A program made the position numbers and the translations under genes. From Candidatus Altimarinota bacterium (GTDB taxonomy: Bacteria > Patescibacteriota > Gracilibacteria > BD1-5 > UBA2023): 64,000 nt of DNA. Under the pieces are notes generated by a model. That model did no database searches and was not told where the DNA came from. It worked only from the letters and a program-made list of their open reading frames with translations. The stretch is taken from assembly GCA_023260135.1 (NCBI GenBank), contig JALQWG010000002.1, positions 52,440-116,439 on the forward strand. The letters are read 5' to 3'. Every line of letters starts with the position of its first letter. Within the stretch, counting starts at the first letter, position 1. Shown piece after piece: positions 22,081 through 30,934 of this stretch.

Positions 22081-22800
22081 CTATACTGAACTCGAATTCA
22101 AAATCAAGGACTTCACCGGTGCATAGCTCTTGCGATGTATGGGACTTATGCCATAATGTAACATTGCTTCTTGGTGTTTTGCTGTTCCATAGCCCTTGTG
22201 CGTGTCGAATCCATACTCTGGGAAATCCTCGTGAAAATCACACATCATACGGTCTCGTATCACCTTGGCAACTATCGAGGCTGCTGCTATCTGCCTGTAC
22301 TCGCTATCTCATCGGATTTTGTAGTAGATTTTTATCTGTTCAGTATCGTCCATCTTTACGTTGTATTTTTTCTCCCTCTTGCTCCGTGCGAGACTGTATC
22401 AGATGCTATCATATCCTATATCGAATATATAGTCATCACTTCAGTCAATATATATCTCTACAGAGTCTGTTGTATCTGTGTATTGTAGGAGTGAGAGGAG
22501 GACGTCTTGCATCGAGAGTCGATTTGCCTCGCGGATTCATATGGTGTCTATATCTCATGCATCTCGATATGCAAATGCAAACTGACATTCACTTCGGTAC
22601 TGAGATGCCTCTATCGCGAGGAATAATTCTTCTCTCTTTTTTTCTGTGAGTTTTTTTGAGTCATCGAGTCCATGAAAACTCTCGAGCAGGTCCTCAAATA
22701 TATCTGCCCGTGCCATCCATCATCATGCCACAACTGGTCATGCCCATGGTCCGCGTCCCGCCTCGTCGATGCCGATAATATAGTTCAGAGTATAGAGTAT
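22081..22800 (-). CDS. rnhB: Ribonuclease HII; start codon uncertain (no in-frame ATG)
   Basis: GIDEAGRGPWA[G]PVVA[G][G] N-terminal motif and C-terminal DTHKGYGT. An in-frame TAA at 22801-22803 lies 10 codons upstream of GIDEAG with no ATG between them. TAG stop at 22081-22083. Confidence 0.85.
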
Positions 22801-22879
22801 TTAGAATATAGAGTGGTTATTGTATATTTTTTTATGAAAAAACAAATTCAATTCTATGTCTATGTCTATGCACTTTTTC

Positions 22880-22907
22880 TTGCTTTTTATCTCGTTTCCT
22901 CTATTAT
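22880..22907 (+). promoter_or_regulatory. Candidate sigma70-type promoter for rnpB
   Basis: TTGCTT, 16 nt, TATTAT, ending about 7 nt before the proposed RNase P RNA 5' end. Confidence 0.35.
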
Positions 22908-22913
22908 TCTCCT

Positions 22914-23272
22914 GGCCGAAAAAGGACAGGTATACACGCTCTCGCAAGAGAGTGAGGAAAGTCTGGACATCACCCTGAGGGGAGAAGAGCTAACGGCTCT
23001 GGCTCGCGGATATATCTAAAACCGAGAGTACGGACAGTGCCACAGAGACAATACTAGCTCGCAAGAGTCAAAGGTGAAAAGTCCATCTTAGATGGATGCA
23101 CCCGCAAGGGTGTGTGGCAAACCCTCTCTGATGCAAGGAGAATGGTACTCGCACTCTACATATGCCTCAGGGCAGTAGGGAAGAGTATACTCCGCTCGAG
23201 CCATGGGGTGACTCATGGCCTAGATCGATGTATATCGAAGTACAGAATCCGGCTTATTATCTTTTTTCGGTT
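22914..23272 (+). ncRNA. rnpB: RNase P RNA (bacterial type)
   Basis: Universally conserved blocks GAGGAAAGTCTGGAC (CR-I), GTGCCACAGAGAC, GGTGAAA, and ACAGAATCCGGCTTAT (CR-V). P1 pairs CCGAAAAAGGA (5') with TCTTTTTTCGG (3'). Confidence 0.85.
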
Positions 23273-23290
23273 TTCTTTTTTATACAAAAT

Positions 23291-23914
23291 ATGACACATA
23301 TCATGCTCGTGGGAATCCAAGGTTCTGGCAAATGAACTCAAGCCCGCAAAATCCTCGAAAAATATCCAAACGACTATGTACTTTTTGAGATGGGAGGAGA
23401 ACTCCGGAGGTTCATCCAGACAGATCATCCGCTTGCCGAGGAGTCAAAAAAACTCATGGATGCAGGACACAAGGCAACTACAGAAGCTATTATCGAGATG
23501 ACAAAACAGTTCCTCGCGAAAAATACTGGAAAGCGTATCATCATGGATGGAGTTATCCGAAGTGCTGATCAGAATGAGGCAATTGGGCATCTTTTCGGGA
23601 ATTTTGATGTTCTCTACTTCAGGCTCGATGAAGATACTGCAGTAGAGCGCCTCTGTGGTCGTCGTATTGACCCTGTGACTCAGGAGACTTTTCCTGCTTC
23701 TTTTCCTGGTGATACCAATCCAAAAACAGGAAATAAGCTCGTCACTCGTGCAGATGATACAGAAGATGCTATCCGCAAGCGTATAGCATGGTCTATCTCT
23801 GATACTCTCCCACTCCTCGATGTATGGCGTGAGGGTGGACACAATGTCTACGAGATAGATGCTGATCAGAGTGAGGGGGAGATATTTGCAGAGGTGGAGA
23901 GGGTACTTTCCTAA
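23291..23914 (+). CDS. adk: Adenylate kinase (207 aa)
   Basis: P-loop GIQGSGK[G]TQA with G = TGA at 23333-23335; MDGVIRS; LID-region RRIDPVTQETF. TAA stop. Confidence 0.9.
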
Positions 23915-23949
23915 TATACAATTCTGGCGCTCTTGGGGCGCCTTATTTT

Positions 23950-25191
23950 ATGCACTATTATCTCCACATCCCATTCTGCCGACAGAAGTGTCCGTATTGC
24001 AAGTTTGCACTGACACCTGTTTTTGATGAATTCAAGAAAAAGAGATATATCGAGTACTTGAAGAAGGAGATAAGAGAGTATTTTGATTCTGTCATCGCCA
24101 AGAATGAAACAATCCAGAAAGGTAACAGTAAGGAATCCTTAATATCGACTGGATTGCTTCGTGCCTCGCAATGACCGAAACCGGATACTATAAAAACCAT
24201 CTATTTCGGCTGAGGGACTCCATCGGTTCTATTACTTGATGAGGTTCAGGATATTTTGGAGTGTTTTCCTTTTTATAATCAGGAAAAACAGGGCAAGATC
24301 TCTCGTCGTCCACAGATACAGGACTCTGCCCTGATGACAGAAAACTGAGAATCATCTATTGAGATAACATTTGAGTGCAATCCTGAGGATATAAACACAG
24401 AGTATATAACATGACTTCTTGATCTCGGTATCAACCGTATATCCCTCTGAGTTCAGAGTCTGAATAATACTACCTTAGCCGCAATACATAGGAGTGATGA
24501 GAGTACGATATTTTCCGCACTTGATTGTATCAAAACTTCTCTAGAATCCCACAAGAATTCAGATATATCAGTGAATATTGACTTCATCCTCTGACTCCCA
24601 CATGCTCAGGTATGACAGACTCTAGGGGATATAAAAACACTCCATAGGAAATATCCGTTCATCACACATACGAGTGTCTATATCCTCGAAAAGTGACTCT
24701 ATCCGAAAAGTTGGAAAAGTCATACTCTCGATGATTCGGGGATTCAGGAGGAATATATGAACATACTAGAGTATTTCGACTCTATCTGATGGAATCACTA
24801 TGAGCTCTCGAATTGGGCTCATCCAGGATGCGAGTCTCTACATAATCAGGCATATTGGAATCACTCTGATACTCGTGGATTCTGACTCTCGGCTGCGAGC
24901 TATATTGATCGGAGGAGATTTTCTAATAGTGATTCCTTTTCTGGATACTATAAGTGACAACTCATAGAGGATGAGATGCTCACGCCTGAGCAGATTGTTC
25001 TGGAAGATCTTATGTTCTGACTCCGTACGTCTCTGTGATATAACACAGACAATCCTGAGCTCACTCTCAATGAGTGAAAACTCCAAGAATTCATATCGAG
25101 TGGATATGTTATACGGGAGCGAGAGAAGATAAAACTCACAAAAACTTGAATTTTTCTCATAGATTATATAATGAGCGAACTCATCTCCTAG
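23950..25191 (+). CDS. hemW: Radical SAM HemW/HemN-like heme chaperone (413 aa)
   Basis: CxxxCxxC = CRQKCPYC; IYFG[G]GTPS with TGA at 24211-24213. All 20 sequence lines were checked: no in-frame TAA or TAG. TAG stop at 25189-25191. Confidence 0.8.
24140..24180. repeat. Copy of the CTGGATTGCTTC...TCGCAATGAC repeat unit lying in frame inside hemW
   Basis: CTGGATTGCTTCGTGCCTCGCAATGACCGAAAC matches 18706-18740 (CTGGATTGCTTCCTTCGTCGCAATGACACAAAC). It encodes STGLLRASQ[G]PK between the Cys cluster and GGGTPS. Confidence 0.5.
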
Positions 25192-25196
25192 ATGAT

Positions 25197-25272
25197 GCCG
25201 CCATAGCTCAGTTGGTAGAGCGTACCCATGGTAAGGGTAAGGTCTCGGGTTCAAGCCCCGATGGTGGCTCCA
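25197..25272 (+). tRNA. tRNA-Thr (anticodon GGU), CCA encoded
   Basis: Acceptor GCCGCCA / TGGTGGC (one G-U pair); D arm GCTC-AGTTGGTA-GAGC; anticodon arm TACCC-ATGGTAA-GGGTA; T arm TCGGG-TTCAAGC-CCCGA; discriminator T, then CCA. Confidence 0.9.
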
Positions 25273-25280
25273 TAGATTTC

Positions 25281-25308
25281 AAAAAACTCCGCTTCGTGCG
25301 GAGTTTTT
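25281..25308. terminator. Bidirectional terminator after tRNA-Thr
   Basis: AAAAAACTCCGC-ttcgt-GCGGAGTTTTT. Confidence 0.6.
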
Positions 25309-25747
25309 ATTCTTTGAGTTCTCTTTTCTTCTTCTCGATAGAGTCTATCATGTGTGTCAGAAAAGCATCTATAATCTGCTTACTTGTATCGCTGATTTTT
25401 GTAGAGGACTTGTTGAGTTTGCGACGAGCCTCGAGAGTTTTTTGGATTTTATCGTATGCTTCTATTCTATCTTCTATATTGGGTACATTTTTCTGGAGGG
25501 TCTGATCGATATCCTTGATTATCTTGTCTCACTGTGCCTTGTATGACTCGATGATATAGCTTGATACCTCTTGTTTTATCTTTTCTTTTTTTTCATCCTT
25601 AGCATTAGACTCTGAGTCCGTATCTTCTGACTGGACTGATCCAGTTCGAGAAGGCGTATCCGAAGTATCTCCACTACTCGCAAAAACACTCGCTGAGAAA
25701 GCAAGTGATAGGAGGATGACGGATATGATACGAATAAGTGTGTTCAC
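25307..25747 (-). CDS. Small secreted coiled-coil protein (146 aa)
   Basis: Signal peptide MNTLIRIISVILLSLAFSASVFA. The fragment 25529..25747 is extended through TGA to the TAA at 25307-25309. Confidence 0.45.
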
Positions 25748-25809
25748 GGATTGAGAATACTCATCTTCACATAAAAAGCAAATTTTACTCTGTGAATTTT
25801 GAGTGAGTC

Positions 25810-26676
25810 CTATATGTCGTTGCGTATGATATGGAAGCCATCATCCTGATATTCCATGAGAGACTTAAAAAAATCTATATAATTAAAAAAATATTTTTGT
25901 CCAATTATCGGAAGAATCTCAGGTATCCCGGGAATGATTCTCCCATAGAGGAGTTCTCGGTATATGTCTTCTCATATGGCTATCTCTCTGATATCAGGGA
26001 ATAGTCGAGTGAGGGGTATTGTATTTTCTGGATTGAAGTCATCGAGCTCTATGCTGTCCTTGAGTGTTAGGATGGTATTATTCTTTTTGAGTTCTATACG
26101 CCTGAGGGCTGTCACATACCCAGATCCAGTCAGTCAGAAAAACTCTCAGATAACCGGAGCAAATGACCTGATATACCCACCAGAAGTAATAGTGAGTGCT
26201 ATTGTAATAGTTGTTGGTGGAGAGAACTCGAGTATCTCTACATCCTGTACATGTATCGGACGGGGCTCAATCTCAAAATCCACACCATCTCGTGCAAGGT
26301 CATATGCACGCTCACCATCTATATGGAGTGCACTATATCGCGGAGGAACTTGTTCCGTCTGTGAAAGGAGATAGCCTATGAGTTCCTCCTGTGTGCGAGC
26401 TCGCATAATAGAGGTATCATATGGTATTATCTCTGTTCCGAGATCTAGGCTCGCTGTTATTCCGGTGAGGTTTACGGTGAATATATATCGTTTCTCTGTT
26501 CACTCAAGGAGGGGGAGGAGCTTGGTAGAGTTGTGTGTAGCGATGAGGAGGAGTCCTGTTGCAAGTGGATCGAGTGTTCCTGCATGTCAGATTCTCGTTG
26601 TTTGGAGTATCTTTTTGAGTCTGCGTATAACATCGTAGCTCGTGATGCCGAGAGGTTTGTCTATGAGATAGAACAT
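25810..26676 (-). CDS. truB: tRNA pseudouridine(55) synthase TruB (288 aa)
   Basis: N-terminus MFYLIDKPLGITSYDV...[G]HAGTLDPLATGLL contains the catalytic Asp motif. The fragment 26146..26406 is in the same frame. TAG stop at 25810-25812. Confidence 0.85.
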
Positions 26677-26685
26677 GGGTTGGTA

Positions 26686-27492
26686 TTATTCTCAGAGTTC
26701 AGGATATGAGGCAGTGCGTGGATGAGCGAGGAATCGAGGAGGAGATGTCCATCCGAGGTTCTTGGTATCTACGATCCAGGTACCATCCTTGAAGATATGT
26801 AGGTATCAGAAGTTGATGAGTGCATGACCGATGATATCTGAACGCTTGATGAAGTGAGCAGTATATTCCTTGTTATAACAATCCTTGAAACACGTACGTG
26901 AGTCTGATGAATTTTGACGATTGTCACCCATGACCCAGTACTGTCATTCTCCGAGGAGGAACTGTCTCTCCTGTATTGCCTCAGAGAGATAGGTATGACC
27001 AGAGTTACTGAGTGAGAGATATGGTTCTGATATCTGTACGAATCCACTTGCCGTAGGGGTTTTAATATAGACTTGTCCATTCTCGAACCGGATAGTATCG
27101 CCAGGTATGGCTATGACACGCTTGATATAGTATTCACGAGTTTTGTCTACATGAGGAGTGATGACGACGACATCTCCACGTTTTGGATCACCTACTCTGA
27201 GGGGGATTTTTCAGAGGATATTGTAGACAAATGATTGGAGTTCATTGGTTGTCTTTTTTGCTCCATAGGTATCAGGGAGATTGAGATATGAGAGCTTGTC
27301 TACGAGGATATATTCCTTCTCATGGTAACTCTCCTCCATAGAGGTTCAGTTGATGCGAAACGGAGTAACCAAAAATATACGTATCAGTATAACAATAATA
27401 AGTATAATGATAAGGTCTCGGAAGAATGTGATAAACTCGCGAAATGTGCTATTGGCTTCATCGAGTTCTACTGTTTCGAATTCTGTACTCAT
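26686..27492 (-). CDS. lepB: Signal peptidase I (268 aa)
   Basis: Box B IN[G]TSMEES, box D KRVIAIPGDTI, box E GDNRQNSSDSR, and an N-terminal TM helix. TAA stop at 26686-26688. Confidence 0.8.
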
Positions 27493-27537
27493 GAAAAGTG
27501 ATAAGGGAATAAAGTATGAAAAGTATGTATTATCTGA

Positions 27538-30312
27538 CTAGGCATTTTTTCAGTGACACTGCTTGTATTTTTTACCACTACCACATGGACATGGTGCATT
27601 GCGCTCAGTACCTGTATATTCTATTTTTTCTCATTTTTCTCCTGTAACTCGTATCACCTGTACTCCATCTTCTATTCCTCATAGAACTGGTGAACCTGGG
27701 ACTATCTCGGCTTTGAGGAGTTTTTCGACTTGTTTTTCTGAGAGAGTTTCTTGGTTCATCTCGCCTTCATTGGTATAGCTCTCGAGGAGTTTTTCCTCTA
27801 GATTGACTGAGTCAACTCATTCTGCTGGACGTGCTGTGACGAGTCACTTCACGACACGATGTTCTATAGTTCCGATCATCTCGATAAAAAAATCGTACGC
27901 CTTCTCACGATATACTACGAGTGGGTTTTTCTGAGCATATCACTCGAATGCTACCTCTTCTCTGAGGTGTGACATACGATCCATGTGCTGCATCCAGAGC
28001 TCGTCGATAGCTGCGAGTGTGAGTCTGCGTTCGAATTCTGCAAATTGTTCTTCTGTTCCAGTATTTCTGAGGGTTTCGATTTTTCCCATGATAACTGAAC
28101 GAGTTTTCTCATAGATAAGCTCGATAGTGTCGTCCTGGCCGAACGTACTGATGCCTATAGTTTCATCACTTGCGAAGTCACGAAGCGCGCTGATAAGTCG
28201 TGAAAAATCCTTATCATTGTATTCACGCTCCGGAGGAGTATAGTTGGTATCAACAATTCTCTCAGACTCATGTGCTATCATATCGAGCACCTCTGCGTGG
28301 ATATCTGACCCACCGAGTATACGGTTGCGACGAGAGTATATCGCGAGACGATGGTGATTGAGGACATCATCGTATTCGAGGATATGTTTGCGTATATCGA
28401 AGTTGCGTCCTTCTACCTGTTTTTGGATTGTGGTGATATTTTTCATGAGCATATTGGACTCGATGAGTGGGTCTCATTCCGGATGAGACTCAAAACTCGC
28501 GAGAATACCAAAAAGCTTGTTCCCACCAAAAATACGCATGATATCATCTTGGGGTGAGAGGAGGAACTGAGAGAGTCCAGGATCACCTTGGCGACCTGAA
28601 CGACCACGGAGCTGGTTATCTATACGGCGTGTTTCGTGCTTTTCTGTACCGATAACATAGAGTCCGCCGAGAGGATATTCTTGTACTCCTGCGGCTCACT
28701 CGAGCTTCACTACGCCCTCGAGTGTACGTACTCGGTCATCTATCTTGATATCTGTACCACGACCTGCCATGTTGGTCGCGATAGTGACTGCACCATACTG
28801 TCCAGCCTTGGAGATGATCTCAGCTTCACGAGAGTCTTGTTTTGCATTGAGGACTTCATGAGGAACTCATGCTTCAGAGAGCTTGTTCGAGAGGTATTCA
28901 CTCTTGGCAACAGAGACAGTTCCCACGAGGATTGGTTGTCACTTTTCATGGAGCGCCTTGATGAGCTTCACGAGGTAGTCGTATTTTCATTTTTCAGTAC
29001 GAAAAAGTACATCCCCGCGGTCAATACGACGAATTGGCTTATTAGTCGGAATAGTGATCACCTCGAGACGATATATCTTGTAGAATTCTTCTTCTTCAGT
29101 TTTTGCAGTACCAGTCATTCCGGCAAGTTTTTTGTAGAGACGGAAATAATTCTGGAATGTGATAGACGCAAGTGTGCGAGACTCTTGCTGGATAGATACA
29201 TTTTCCTTCGCCTCGAGTGCCTGATGGAGTCCATCAGAGTACCGACGACCTGGGAGGACACGACCAGTGTGCTCGTCGATGATCATCACCTCATCATTGC
29301 GTACGAGGTAGTCGATGTCTTTTCTATAGACTGCTGATGCCTTGAGGGCGTTTTCTACGTGATGGAGGTCGTTAAAATGCTGACTCACGTAAATATTGTC
29401 TACTCCGAGATAGTCCTCTACCTTGCGAATACCAGCCTCTGTGAGGGTAGCAGTTTTTTGTTTTTCATCGATCTTGTAGTCCGTCTCAGCTGTGAGTGAT
29501 CGTGCAAAGGCTGCAAAACGAACATACTTGGTAGTAGGTTCTGAGTCTGGTGCAGAGATGATGAGTGGCGTACGTGCCTCATCTACGAGAATCGAATCCA
29601 CCTCATCTACGATAGCGAACCATCTCTTGCCCATCGCACGACGCTCAGGACTGATAGCCATATTGTCGCGGAGATAGTCGAATCCGAGCTCATTGTTGGT
29701 TGCGTAGATGATATTGGAGTTGTAGGCGTTTTTCTTCTCCTCGTAGCTCTGTCCATGGGTGATGACACCCACTGTGAGTCCGAGGGTATGATAGATGATA
29801 CCCATCTCAGCAGCATCACGACGTGCGAGGTAGTCATTGACCGTCACGATATGTACACCAACTCCAATGAGAGAGTTCAGGTATGCAGGGAGTGTCGCTA
29901 CGAGCGTCTTACCCTCACCAGTGCGCATCTCTGCGATGCTCCCATCATGGAGGGTGAGTCCACCGATGAGCTGTACATCATAGGGGATCATATTCCACTC
30001 TACTTCGTGTCCATTGCCGAGGTCGAACTTCTGTCCGTAGATGAGCTCACAGGCACGACGATGCAGTGCAAATGCCTCGTATTTTGTATTTTCGAGTCGC
30101 TTTTTTATCTCAGTGAGGTCTTCTTCCTTTTCTATATCGAGTCCTGCGAATCGTGTCTGGAATTCGTGCGTTTTTGCCTGGACTTGTTCTACGGTTGTGA
30201 TGAGCTCACGGTATTCTGTCTCTATTTTTTTGATAGATTCTAGGTCTTTTTCGTACTTTTTGAGACGCTTGGAGTTAGAGTCACCGAATATTTTTGTGAG
30301 GAGTGAGAGCAT
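27538..30312 (-). CDS. secA: Preprotein translocase ATPase SecA (924 aa)
   Basis: [14 protein letters not shown]-terminus; Walker [10 protein letters not shown]; C-terminal Zn finger [13 protein letters not shown][G] with TGA at 27550-27552. The gaps between fragments 27940..28452 and 28987..30366 were checked for TAA and TAG. TAG stop. Confidence 0.95.
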
Positions 30313-30420
30313 AGTGTTTGTTTCTAGAAATCCGGCGAAGTATACAAAAAAAATCAATTTTTTCAAATTGGCTCACGTGAAAACTGAGTGAATAGATTGA
30401 CAAATACTCTATAATAATCA

Positions 30421-30448
30421 AAAAATCCTCTCGAAAAGAGGAGATTTT
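30421..30448 (-). terminator. Weak hairpin terminator between ORF 30498-30863 and secA
   Basis: Stem CCTCT / AGAGG with a 5-nt loop, followed by a T-rich run on the minus strand. Confidence 0.4.
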
Positions 30449-30497
30449 GAGTTGAAAAAAAGAAAAATTTACTTAAAGTCTATCCAGTAGTAATAAA

Positions 30498-30863
30498 CTA
30501 GTTTAGGTATTTTTTCGAACCTAATGAGAATTCTTCTAGTCGCTCTAATGCCTTAAGTCAATCCTCACTTAGATGTTCCGTATGCTGACTGAGTGTTGCG
30601 TATACTTGCTCAAGTGTCATTGGTTGTCCCGTACTAACCACTCAATCGTGTATAGCTCCTACTTTTGCCTTATAATCGTATCTAACTTGCGGGAGTCATC
30701 CTTCAAATTCTCCTAAACGTACAAGACTAGCACGAACCTCAGGCACATCGACACTATTAAATTCTGCAATGAGTGTATAGTATATGTCTGATATAGAAAG
30801 AGGGGCAGAAGGGAATTTTCTTCATTCCGCATAAGATGCATTGGTTCAAACTGATTCAATCAT
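30498..30863 (-). CDS. Hypothetical protein (121 aa) in an AT-rich patch
   Basis: Translated codon by codon: ATG 30861-30863, TAG 30498-30500, 6 in-frame TGA, no TAA or TAG. The sequence (MIESV[G]TNASYAE...LERLEEF) looks like a real protein. Confidence 0.45.
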
Positions 30864-30934
30864 ATAATAGTTGCATAGATATAAAGTGCTTCTATACTAG
30901 CATTAATAATATAATAAGTCAATTTAATTTTACA

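Noticed and set aside
22672-23019. 115-aa plus-strand ORF.
   Set aside because: Its first half is antisense to rnhB. Its second half overlaps RNase P RNA, which has conserved CR-I and CR-V blocks.
28636-29337. 233-aa plus-strand ORF.
   Set aside because: Antisense to secA.
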